A DNA stretch of 56,216 nucleotides from Terriglobales bacterium (lineage in GTDB: Bacteria > Acidobacteriota > Terriglobia > Terriglobales > SCQP01). Every line of letters starts with the position of its first letter. Positions within the stretch are counted from its first letter, which is position 1. Shown here one piece after another: positions 46,724-55,250 of this stretch. A program made the translations under genes and the position numbers. The DNA lies in contig JBQCEU010000021.1 in the NCBI GenBank assembly GCA_051959955.1, positions 1 to 56,216 of the forward strand, in the 5' to 3' direction. The notes below the pieces were generated by a model. That model was given only the letters and a program-made list of their open reading frames with translations. It did no database searches and was not told where the DNA came from.

Positions 46724-47265
46724 CCGCCCAGCAAGATGGCGGCAGACAGCACTGTCGTCCACAGCCCGCGCTTATCGCCCACCGCTGACTGACTTATATT
46801 GATCGTGCGGACGATCTTGTTGGAGATGCGATAGATCTCCTTTTTTTCGTCCCAGGAGCGGTCGGGATCGAATTCCACATTGAGGGTGGTGGCCAACATC
46901 TCCGCCGCCAGCTCCTCGGCGTATTCGCCCGCCTGCTGCTCGGTTTCGCCAAAGGAATGGTGCTCCGACAAATAGCCGTAGGTGTTGCGGTCGGCGGGCA
47001 GGGCCAGACCAATCGAGGCGGCGATCAGACGGTGCGGTTCGCGGGTGGAATTTTCGCTGAGCACGGCGAACACCACTTCGCCCGGGCTGAGTTGCTTCAG
47101 CCCCTGGGCGCGGGGAGTCAGTTTGCATCGCGGCGGGAATATGCTGGAGACGCGCACCAGATTGAAGGCGGCTACGCCGGCATCACGCAAGGCAAGCTCG
47201 AAGCTGGTCAGGCGTTCGCGATGCTTGCCCACACCTTTGGTGAGGAAGATCTTCTTGGCAACCAT
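46720..47265 (-). CDS. pdaD: pyruvoyl-dependent arginine decarboxylase
   Basis: [45 protein letters not shown], with the VSS self-cleavage site. The track ORF starts at an upstream TTG (47292). Confidence 0.9.
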   Translation of the reverse strand: MVAKKIFLTKGVGKHRERLTSFELALRDAGVAAFNLVRVSSIFPPRCKLTPRAQGLKQLSPGEVVFAVLSENSTREPHRLIAASIGLALPADRNTYGYLSEHHSFGETEQQAGEYAEELAAEMLATTLNVEFDPDRSWDEKKEIYRISNKIVRTINISQSAVGDKRGLWTTVLSAAILLGG

Positions 47266-47399
47266 GGATGGACTCGAAAACCGGGAATTCAAAACCTAAC
47301 AAATCCTGCCGCCAGCGTCAATGAAAACCGCAGTGCGCTGTCTCCGGCGCACCCGGTCCGCTCCCCTGCCGGGCGCTGGCCGGGAGCGTACAATCGGGC

Positions 47400-47816
47400 A
47401 TGGCCAATGTCACTCTGCCGCTGGGCGGCGACTTTGCCCTGGGTCGAATCGGGCAAATCTCGGTCAATGCCAGGAATCTGGAGCGGGCCGTCGGTTTCTA
47501 CCGCGGGGTACTGCGTCTGCCGTTTCTGTTTGAGGCTGGTAAGCTGGCCTTTTTCGACGCCGGCGGCGTGCGGCTGATGCTGAGCGTGGCCGAGCGGCCG
47601 GAGTTTGACCACCCGGGCTCGGTTCTGTATTTCAGCGTGCCGGAGATCCGCCAGGGCTTCCAGGCCCTGGTGGAGCGAGGTGTGCGCTTTGACGGGGCGC
47701 CGCACTGCATCGCCAAGCTGGCGGATCGGGAGGTGTGGATGGCCTTTTTTCGCGACAGCGAGGGCAATCTGCTGGCCTTGATGAGTGAGCAGCCGCCGGA
47801 AAGCGCACCGCGCTAG
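47400..47816 (+). CDS. VOC (glyoxalase/bleomycin resistance/dioxygenase) family protein
   Basis: 138 aa. beta-alpha-beta-beta-beta module pattern: ISVNARNLERAVGFYRGVLRLPFLFE ... FFRDSEGNLLALM. Confidence 0.85.
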   Translation: MANVTLPLGGDFALGRIGQISVNARNLERAVGFYRGVLRLPFLFEAGKLAFFDAGGVRLMLSVAERPEFDHPGSVLYFSVPEIRQGFQALVERGVRFDGAPHCIAKLADREVWMAFFRDSEGNLLALMSEQPPESAPR

Positions 47817-47838
47817 CCACTCGGGGGTCCCGCGCCAG

Positions 47839-48576
47839 TCAATGCCCGGCGAGGGTGGCTTCCGCCAGGGCAAGGTCGGCGGGAGTGGTGATCTTCCAGT
47901 TGCGGGCCGAGCCGGGAACCACGTACACGTCCTCGCCCAGGTGTTCCACCAGCGCCGCCTCGTCGGTGGCGTAAAAACCATCGCTCTGCGCCCGGGTAAA
48001 GGCGCGCCGCAAGAGCCCCAGCCGGAATACCTGGGGCGTCTGCGCCAGCACAATGCGCTCCCGGGGCAGCGTGGCGGTAACCCGATTGGCGTCCGCTCCC
48101 ACCCGCTCCACCTGCTTGACCGTGTCCACGGCGGGGATGGCCACAATGACCGCCGCATGCTGCTCCGCGGCCGCCAGGGCGCCGGCAATGGTTTTTTCAT
48201 CCACAAAGGGCCGGACCGCGTCATGGATCAGGATGCGGGCATCATCGCCCCCGGCTCCCAGTTCGTCGGCCAGGGCCTGCACCGCATTCCACACCGAATC
48301 CTGGCGGGCATTGCCTCCCTCAAGCACCCGTACCGGCGTCTGGAATGATTCCTGGGCCACGCGCGCCACCACGGCCGCGCGGTCTTCCAGCCGCACCGGA
48401 ACCAGGATGGCCCGCAGTCCGGGGCAGCGGTCGAAACGGCGCAAGGTGTGGATGAGTATGGGGGCTCCGGCAACTTCCACCATCTGCTTGCGGGCTTGGC
48501 CGCTGGTGGTCGAGCCCATGCGCGTGCTCAGACCCGCGGCGGGAATGATGGCGTAGGCGTAGGAGTCGTTAGACAT
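47839..48576 (-). CDS. ispD: 2-C-methyl-D-erythritol 4-phosphate cytidylyltransferase
   Basis: IIPAAGLSTRMG, VLIHDAVRPFV, and overall IspD length and layout. Confidence 0.93.
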   Translation of the reverse strand: MSNDSYAYAIIPAAGLSTRMGSTTSGQARKQMVEVAGAPILIHTLRRFDRCPGLRAILVPVRLEDRAAVVARVAQESFQTPVRVLEGGNARQDSVWNAVQALADELGAGGDDARILIHDAVRPFVDEKTIAGALAAAEQHAAVIVAIPAVDTVKQVERVGADANRVTATLPRERIVLAQTPQVFRLGLLRRAFTRAQSDGFYATDEAALVEHLGEDVYVVPGSARNWKITTPADLALAEATLAGH

Positions 48577-48581
48577 GGGGA

Positions 48582-49586
48582 TCAGGATACCTGACTGGCG
48601 TCGGCTGCCGCCAAGCGGCCAAAAATCATCTTGCCGGCGGTGGTTTGCAGCACCGAGGTCACGGTGATATCCACGTTGTGAGAAATATGGCGGCGGGCGT
48701 GATCCACCACCACCATGGTGCCGTCATCGAGATAGGCGACGCCCTGATCAGGTTCCTTGCCTTCCTTGAGGATGAATACCCGCATGGCCTCGCCAGCCAG
48801 CACCACTGGCTTGAGGGTATTGGCCAGTTCATGGATGTTCAACACCGGCACCCGCTGCAATTGCGCCATCTTGCCAAGATTGCTGTCGTTGGTGAGCAGT
48901 TTGCATTCGAAGCGCCGCGCCAGCTCGATCAGCTTCAGGTCCACCTCGCGCACCTGGGGAGCGTCGTCTTCGATGATGCGCACTTCGATGCAAGTCAGCT
49001 TTTGCATCCTCTGGAGTACTTCGAGGCCGCGCCGGCCCCTATGGCGTTTGTTGGGCTCCGCCGAGTCCGCCACCATTTGCAGCTCCCGCAGAACAAACTG
49101 GGGTACCAGCAGGGCGCCTTCCAGAAATCCAGTTTCGGAGATGTCGGCGATGCGGCCATCAATGATGACGCTGGTGTCCAGTAATTTGGAGTTGCGGCGG
49201 CTGTGAGCGGCGCCAAACAGGACATCCAAGGCGGAGAGGTTGAGCATCTCGCCTTTTTCGGCTCCCACGATCAGTCCGATATAGCCCATAACCAGCAGGA
49301 TGACTAGATTGGCGTAGGAAGTGGTGCGGGGCTCAAACCCGGCGCCGCTGACCACCAGGGAGACCAGAAAGGCACCGATGATCCCCAGCAGCGAGCCGGC
49401 CGCGGCCCCCATCAGACGCTTGTAGTTGACCCGGTTGAGGCGGATCTCAAACAGGATGATGATGCCGGCGATCGCCGCCCCCACCGCCACCGCCCAAGCG
49501 GGCCGGAGATCGAAAGGGCGCAGATAGGCAGCCGCGGTGGCCAAGGTGATGACCAAGGCCAGGCGTATGAAAAGAATGTCGGCCAA
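48582..49586 (-). CDS. membrane-anchored PIN/TRAM domain protein (YacL-like)
   Basis: TTG start. N-terminal TM helices, a PIN core (LLDTSVIIDGRI.., LLTNDSNL), and a C-terminal TRAM-like beta domain. The position upstream of ispD is the classical one. Confidence 0.85.
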   Translation of the reverse strand: MADILFIRLALVITLATAAAYLRPFDLRPAWAVAVGAAIAGIIILFEIRLNRVNYKRLMGAAAGSLLGIIGAFLVSLVVSGAGFEPRTTSYANLVILLVMGYIGLIVGAEKGEMLNLSALDVLFGAAHSRRNSKLLDTSVIIDGRIADISETGFLEGALLVPQFVLRELQMVADSAEPNKRHRGRRGLEVLQRMQKLTCIEVRIIEDDAPQVREVDLKLIELARRFECKLLTNDSNLGKMAQLQRVPVLNIHELANTLKPVVLAGEAMRVFILKEGKEPDQGVAYLDDGTMVVVDHARRHISHNVDITVTSVLQTTAGKMIFGRLAAADASQVS

Positions 49587-49624
49587 AGCAGCTCCGGGCC
49601 ACAGTATAGCGCGGGCGTGCGGCG

Positions 49625-49930
49625 TCAGGAGGCGGGCGAGGACGGGGGCGCAGGGTGGACCGGGCGCGGCTGCAGGGGGCTGTCATCGGCGCGAAACGCG
49701 GTGGCGAGGTGGTGCAACAAAAAGCGCACGGCCGCGCGGGCGTCGCTGGCAGGATCATTCTTCCAGTGAAAGATGGCGTTGGCCAGCACCTGCTGGCCGC
49801 GCACGTAGTCATCCCGGTTGAGGCGGCGCTTGTCGCCGAGGGCGCGGCGGCGGGCGCTGAACTTGACCACGTCTCCCATGATTGCTTGGATGGGAAGGGT
49901 GGGATCGGCGTTGGATGGCAAGCGAGCCAT
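49625..49930 (-). CDS. hypothetical protein
   Basis: 101 aa with high GC3 and no recognisable motif. Divergent from ruvX. Confidence 0.4.
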   Translation of the reverse strand: MARLPSNADPTLPIQAIMGDVVKFSARRRALGDKRRLNRDDYVRGQQVLANAIFHWKNDPASDARAAVRFLLHHLATAFRADDSPLQPRPVHPAPPSSPAS

Positions 49931-49960
49931 GCTGCTGGGCGGCGATAATCAAGGTGGAAC

Positions 49961-50395
49961 ATGGATCTGAAACGCATCCTGGCGCTCGATTTGGGCCAAC
50001 GCCGCATTGGGCTGGCGATGAGCGACCCCTTGCGGGTGAGCGCCCAGGGGTTGCCTACCCTGCAGCGACAGGGGAAGGGAGCCGATCTGCGTGCCTTGGC
50101 CGCCTTGGCGGCCGAGCATGGCGTGGGGTTGTGGCTGCTCGGCCTGCCACGCCATATGAGCGGAGAAGAGGGCCAACAGGCGGCGGCGGCGCGCCTCTTC
50201 GGCGCGCGCCTGCAACGGCACACCGGCATCGCGGTGGAGTTCTGGGATGAACGGCTGACCACGGTCGAGGCCGAACGCGTGCTTAAATCCGCCGGCGCCA
50301 GCCTGGCGCAGCGGCGGCGGGCGGTGGACCAGATGGCGGCGGTGCTGCTGCTCCAGTCCTATTTGGATCGAGTGCCGCCGCCGCCGCCGTTATAG
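49961..50395 (+). CDS. ruvX: Holliday junction resolvase-like nuclease RuvX (YqgF)
   Basis: ILALDLGQRRIGLAMSD, DERLTT, and a D..AA..ILQ.YL tail. Confidence 0.93.
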   Translation: MDLKRILALDLGQRRIGLAMSDPLRVSAQGLPTLQRQGKGADLRALAALAAEHGVGLWLLGLPRHMSGEEGQQAAAARLFGARLQRHTGIAVEFWDERLTTVEAERVLKSAGASLAQRRRAVDQMAAVLLLQSYLDRVPPPPPL

Positions 50396-50402
50396 TGGAA
50401 GA

Positions 50403-52019
50403 ATGTCTTCCCCGCAGGCGCCACACCAACCCCAACCCAAGCCCCGTCGTGCGCTGCTGTCGGTCAGCGACAAGCAAGGCCTCACCGCCTTTGCGCGGCG
50501 GCTCGCCGCCTGTGGGTTCGAGCTGATTTCCACCGGCGGTACGGCGCGCGCCCTGCGCGAAGCGGGGCTGACCGTAAGGGAAGTGGCGGAAGTCACGGAA
50601 TATCCGGAAATGCTGGAAGGCCGGGTTAAAACCCTCCATCCGCGCGTACACGGGGGCTTGCTCGGGCGCTGGCCGGTGGAGGCCCACCGCCGCCAGATGC
50701 AGGCGCAGGGAATTGTGCCGATCACGGTGCTGGTCGTCAACCTGTATCCGTTTGAGCAGGTGGCCGCCCAAGCCCAGTCGGCGGGGGTGGAGCGGCGGGA
50801 ATTGATTGAAAACATTGACATCGGCGGGCCGGCGATGCTGCGCTCGGGAGCCAAGAACTACGAATCGGTGGCGGTGATCACCGATCCCGCCGACTATGAT
50901 GCCGTCGCCGGCGAACTGGAGGCCGCGGGCGAGGTCAGCCGCGCCACCCGTTGGCGGCTGGCGCAAAAGGCGTTTCAACGCACCGCCGACTACGATGCCG
51001 CCATTGCCGGAACCTTGGGCGCGATGGCCGAAGGCGAACCCGAGGAAACGATTCAACTCGGCGATCAGGAGCTACCCCTGCGGCTGCGGTTGACGGCCGA
51101 GCGGCGGCAGGTGCTGCGCTACGGTGAGAACCCTCATCAGCGCGCCGCGGTGTATACCGATGGGGGCGCCGCGGGCGGAGTGGCGCAGGCACGGATTCTA
51201 CAGGGCAAAGAACTTTCGTACAACAACCTGGTGGACTTGGATGCCGCCTGGGAGTTGGTCAATGAGTTGGAACAGCCGGCGGTGGCCATCATCAAGCACA
51301 CCAACCCGGCCGGATGCGCCATGAGCGCCACGGGGCTGCGTCTGGCCTATGAGCAGGCCTTGGAGTGCGACCCGATCTCGGCCTATGGCGGTGTGATTGG
51401 CCTTAATCGGGAACTGGATGGCGAGACGGCGGAGGCCATCGCCAGCCTGTTTGTGGAGTGCATTGCCGCCCCGAGGTTCAGTCCGGAAGCGCGGCAGCGG
51501 CTGGCGGTGAAGAAGAACTTGCGCCTGGTGGAGGTTGAGCCCACCCGGCCGCGGCCCCGTCTCCGCAGCATCTCCGGAGGCTGGCTGCTGCAAAGCGAGG
51601 ATGATCGGCTGTGGAGCGAGGAAGGCTGGCGGGTAGTGACGCGCCGGCAGCCGGATGCGGCCCAGGAGCGCGGGCTGCGCTTCGGCTGGGCGGTAGCCAA
51701 GCATGTCAAGAGCAATGCCATCGTTTTTGCCCGCGCCACCAACGGCGGCGGCCAGACCCTGGCGGTCGGCGCCGGGCAGATGAGCCGGGTGGATGCGGTG
51801 AAACTGGCGGCCATGAAGGCGCAGTTGCCGCTGGCCGGCGCGGCGGTGGCCAGCGATGCCTTCTTCCCGTTTCCCGACGGCATTGAGGCGGCGGTCGAAC
51901 AGGGAGCCAGCTGCCTGGTGCAGCCGGGCGGATCGGTGCACGATGCCGACTGCATCGCCGCCTGCGACCGGCTCGGCGTGGCCATGGTGTTTACCGGCAT
52001 ACGTCACTTTCGGCACTGA
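50403..52019 (+). CDS. purH: bifunctional AICAR formyltransferase / IMP cyclohydrolase
   Basis: ALLSVSDKQGL MGS-like domain, KTLHPRVHGG, and SDAFFPFPDG. Confidence 0.97.
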   Translation: MSSPQAPHQPQPKPRRALLSVSDKQGLTAFARRLAACGFELISTGGTARALREAGLTVREVAEVTEYPEMLEGRVKTLHPRVHGGLLGRWPVEAHRRQMQAQGIVPITVLVVNLYPFEQVAAQAQSAGVERRELIENIDIGGPAMLRSGAKNYESVAVITDPADYDAVAGELEAAGEVSRATRWRLAQKAFQRTADYDAAIAGTLGAMAEGEPEETIQLGDQELPLRLRLTAERRQVLRYGENPHQRAAVYTDGGAAGGVAQARILQGKELSYNNLVDLDAAWELVNELEQPAVAIIKHTNPAGCAMSATGLRLAYEQALECDPISAYGGVIGLNRELDGETAEAIASLFVECIAAPRFSPEARQRLAVKKNLRLVEVEPTRPRPRLRSISGGWLLQSEDDRLWSEEGWRVVTRRQPDAAQERGLRFGWAVAKHVKSNAIVFARATNGGGQTLAVGAGQMSRVDAVKLAAMKAQLPLAGAAVASDAFFPFPDGIEAAVEQGASCLVQPGGSVHDADCIAACDRLGVAMVFTGIRHFRH

Positions 52020-52044
52020 ACGCGGGGTCCCGCGCCAATCAATA

Positions 52045-52069
52045 GCCCACGGCCGCCGGCCGCGTGGGC
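52045..52069. terminator. GC-rich hairpin between convergent purH and the carrier-protein gene (possible bidirectional terminator)
   Basis: GCCCACG..CGTGGGC 7-bp outer stem with an inner GGCC pairing. Only weak T-runs on either side. Confidence 0.3.
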
Positions 52070-52363
52070 TCAGCCGTTAGCGGCCATCGGCGCGGCGGCG
52101 AGCTGCGTCTTGCGGGCAATGAAGGCAATGAGCTGCCGCAGGGTGCTGAAATTGGCGGGTACCAGTTCGTGGTCCTGGATTTGGATTTGGTAGCGATCTT
52201 CCAGGTGGCTGACCAGGACCAGCACGCTGGTGGAATCGAGCAAGGTTTCAAACAGCGGGGTGTCGAGGTCCAACGTCCGGGTAGGCGCGGCAGCCAATTC
52301 GGTGAGGATGAACTGGCGCAGTTGAGCCGTCAGATCGTGGGCAGAGGCAAGCGGGTCAGCCAT
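52070..52363 (-). CDS. acyl/peptidyl carrier protein
   Basis: 97 aa from the ATG at 52363. LDLDTPLFETLLDSTSVLVLVSHLE, with a DS phosphopantetheine-attachment-type motif. Confidence 0.8.
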   Translation of the reverse strand: MADPLASAHDLTAQLRQFILTELAAAPTRTLDLDTPLFETLLDSTSVLVLVSHLEDRYQIQIQDHELVPANFSTLRQLIAFIARKTQLAAAPMAANG

Positions 52364-52509
52364 AAGCAACCGTGGTGAGGAGAGTCGGGCGATGAGACTT
52401 GCCGCCACCCAAGATGGGATGCCCCTCTCTGGCGTCCAGCAGCATTGCCGCCCTTTAGCCAAGCACTCTCACCCGAGGTGAATCAGCATTTTGGCTTCCA
52501 ACTACCTAG

Positions 52510-53715
52510 GTGAAAGGGGTACTCCAAGCGTGGGTGGAATTCTCGTGGACCGAAGAACAACAGCGAAGCTTTGATCAGGCCCGCCAGTTTGCCCGCCAGG
52601 AATTGTGCCATGTGGCGGAAGCAGGCGACGAGGCGGCCGCGGAAGCAGCCTGGCGGCGGCATTGGAGTGCTTGCGCCGGCTTTGGCATCCAGGGCCTGAA
52701 CATCCCGACCGCCTACGGCGGCTTGGGCCTGGATACGCGCACGGCGGTTCATGTGCTCGAGGGGTTGGGGCAGGGCTGCGATGACAACGGGTTATTGATG
52801 GTCCTGGGCGCGCAGTTGTGGAGCGTGCATCCGCCCTTGATTGCCTTCGGGACCGCGGAACAGAAGCGCACCTGGCTGCCGCTGCTGGCGCAAGGCGCGC
52901 AAGTGGGGGCCTTCGCCTTAACCGAGCCGGAGAGCGGTTCGGACGTGTTCCACCTGCGCACGCGCGCCTACCCGGAGCGCGGCGGCTTCCGCCTGGAAGG
53001 CATCAAGACCTTCATCACCAACGCGCCGCTGGCGGACGTGTTTCTGATGTTTGCCGCCACCGATCCTCATGCCGGCTACTTTGGACTGACCAGCTTTCTG
53101 GTGCGTCGCAGCACCGAGGGCATTGCCGTCGGGGCGCCCATGGCCAAAATGGGGTTGGAGACCAGCCCCATGGCCGAGGTGAGTTTCCAGGGGACGTGGG
53201 TGGGGCCGGAAGCGGTGTTGGGGGAAATCGGCGGCGGCGGGGCGGTGTTGTTGCACACCCTGGAGTGGGAGCGCGGCTGCCTGCTGGCCCCGGCGCTGGG
53301 CACCATGGAGCGGTTGTTGCACTCCACCGTCGCCTATACGCGGGCCCGCAAGCAGTTCGGGCGGCCGGTGATGGAATTCGAGGCGGTGGGGCAGCAACTG
53401 GCGGAGATGCGGCTGCGCCTGGAAATGTCACGCCTGTTGACCTACCAGTTCGCCTGGCTCAAGGATCAGCAACAGCCGGCGGGCGTGCAGGCCAGCATGG
53501 TCAAGCTTTACCTGAGCGAGAGCCTGCGGCGCTGCAGCGAGTTGGCCGTGCATCTGCATGGGGCCAGCGGCTACATGCGCGAGCTGGAGTTTGAGCGCAC
53601 CTGGCGCGATGCCATGGCCAGCAGCCTTTACTCGGGCACCACCGAAATGCAGCACAACCTGATCGCCGAAAGCCTGTTGCGGCCGGCGGCGCGGACCGAG
53701 GAGGCGGGACGATGA
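52510..53715 (+). CDS. acyl-CoA dehydrogenase family flavoprotein
   Basis: 401 aa, GTG start. LTEPESGSDV and a C-terminal helical domain. YSGTTEMQ sits where YEGT is usual. Confidence 0.9.
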   Translation: MKGVLQAWVEFSWTEEQQRSFDQARQFARQELCHVAEAGDEAAAEAAWRRHWSACAGFGIQGLNIPTAYGGLGLDTRTAVHVLEGLGQGCDDNGLLMVLGAQLWSVHPPLIAFGTAEQKRTWLPLLAQGAQVGAFALTEPESGSDVFHLRTRAYPERGGFRLEGIKTFITNAPLADVFLMFAATDPHAGYFGLTSFLVRRSTEGIAVGAPMAKMGLETSPMAEVSFQGTWVGPEAVLGEIGGGGAVLLHTLEWERGCLLAPALGTMERLLHSTVAYTRARKQFGRPVMEFEAVGQQLAEMRLRLEMSRLLTYQFAWLKDQQQPAGVQASMVKLYLSESLRRCSELAVHLHGASGYMRELEFERTWRDAMASSLYSGTTEMQHNLIAESLLRPAARTEEAGR

Positions 53716-55250
53716 GAGCGCGTAGGCTCAGCGAGGCGGTGGAGGCCGCCATGGAGGCGCACGGCGGGCGGGTGGCCATCCGTGGGGCGCGAGGGGAAGA
53801 GATGAGCTACCGGGAACTGGAGGCCGCCAGCCGCGGCTGGGCCGCTCGGCTGCAGGCCGCCGGCATCGGTCGTGGCGATCGGGTGGGGGTCTACCTCGCC
53901 AAGTCGCCCGCCGCGGTGGTGGCGCAACTCGCGGTGATGCGGGCGGGCGCGGTGTATGTGCCCTTCGACGCCTGGGCGCCCAAGGCCCGGATCGAGGCGC
54001 TGGCGGCCGACTGCGGCGTGGCGGCGGTACTGACCGACGCGCGGCGGCGGGCGGAGATCGCCAGTTGGCTGCGGCCGCCGGAACGGGTCTGGGAGGTGGA
54101 GAGCGAGGCGGTGCCGGCCGGCGCCGCCTGGCGGCCGCCGGCGGGCACCAGTGAGGAACTGGCCTACATCCTTTACACCTCCGGTTCGACCGGCGTGCCC
54201 AAGGGGGTGATGTTGAGCCACGGCCACGCCCTCAATTTCACCGACTGGGCGGCCACGGCCGCCCGGCTGCAGCCTGGCGACCGGGTCGCCAGCCAGGCGC
54301 CGTTTCACTTCGATCTGTCCATTTTTGACCTGTGGGCGACGCTCAGCCGCGGGGCCACCGTGTGTCTGCTGGATCCGGTGACCGCGCGGTTTCCGCGGGC
54401 CACCGCCGACTGGATCCGCGACCAGGCCATCACCGTCTGGTATTCGGTGCCGTCGGCGCTGGTGCCCATGCTGCCGCAGGCGGACACCGTGGCGCAGGGA
54501 CAGTTGCGGGAGGTGATCTTCGCTGGCGAGCCCTTTCCTCCAGCCGCCCTGGCGGCCTGGCGACGGGCGCTGCCCGCGGCCTGCTTTCACAACTGGTACG
54601 GGCCCACCGAAACCAACGTCTGCGCCCATCATGCCCTGCCGCCGGGGCCGCCGGGCGAATCCGAGCCGGAGCCGCTGCCCATCGGCACCGCCTGCCCGGA
54701 TTTCGAGCTGGCGGTGTGGGATGAGGAGCACCGTCCCGTGGCGCCGGGGGTGGAAGGCACGCTGTGGGTGCGGGGTCCGGGGCTGCTGGCCGGTTACTGG
54801 GGCGATCCGGCGCGCACGCAGGCGGTGACTTGGGAGCGGGAGGCGGCGGGCGGGCGGCGGGAACGCTGGTACAACACCGGCGATCTGGTCCGTCAGGGCG
54901 CCGGCGGGGAGCTGTATTTTCACGGGCGGCGCGACGACCTGGTCAAATGCCGCGGCTACCGCATCTCGCTACGCGAGATCGAGCAGGCGCTGGAGGGTTG
55001 TTCCGGCGTCCGCCAGGCGGCCGTCGTCGCCCTTCCGCAGCCGGCGCAGGCAACGTCGCTGGCGGCCTTTCTCCTGGCGGCGCCGGGTGAAGAGGCCGCT
55101 CCGCTGACGGCGCGGGTACGAGCGGAGCTGCGGGAGCGGCTGCCCCACTATATGCTGCCGGAGCGCATCGAGGTGCGCGACGCCTTTCCCATGACCGCCA
55201 CCGGCAAGACGGACCGCCTGGGGCTGTTGCGGCTGGCCGCAGGCGCCTGA
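53712..55250 (+). CDS. free-standing amino-acid-type adenylation enzyme (ANL superfamily, NRPS A-domain/DltA-like)
   Basis: Core motifs LAYILYTSGSTGVPKGV, FHFDLS, NWYGPTETN, YNTGDLV, GRRDDLVKCRGYRISLREIE, and TATGKTDR. ATGA overlap with the upstream gene. Confidence 0.9.
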   Translation: MRARRLSEAVEAAMEAHGGRVAIRGARGEEMSYRELEAASRGWAARLQAAGIGRGDRVGVYLAKSPAAVVAQLAVMRAGAVYVPFDAWAPKARIEALAADCGVAAVLTDARRRAEIASWLRPPERVWEVESEAVPAGAAWRPPAGTSEELAYILYTSGSTGVPKGVMLSHGHALNFTDWAATAARLQPGDRVASQAPFHFDLSIFDLWATLSRGATVCLLDPVTARFPRATADWIRDQAITVWYSVPSALVPMLPQADTVAQGQLREVIFAGEPFPPAALAAWRRALPAACFHNWYGPTETNVCAHHALPPGPPGESEPEPLPIGTACPDFELAVWDEEHRPVAPGVEGTLWVRGPGLLAGYWGDPARTQAVTWEREAAGGRRERWYNTGDLVRQGAGGELYFHGRRDDLVKCRGYRISLREIEQALEGCSGVRQAAVVALPQPAQATSLAAFLLAAPGEEAAPLTARVRAELRERLPHYMLPERIEVRDAFPMTATGKTDRLGLLRLAAGA

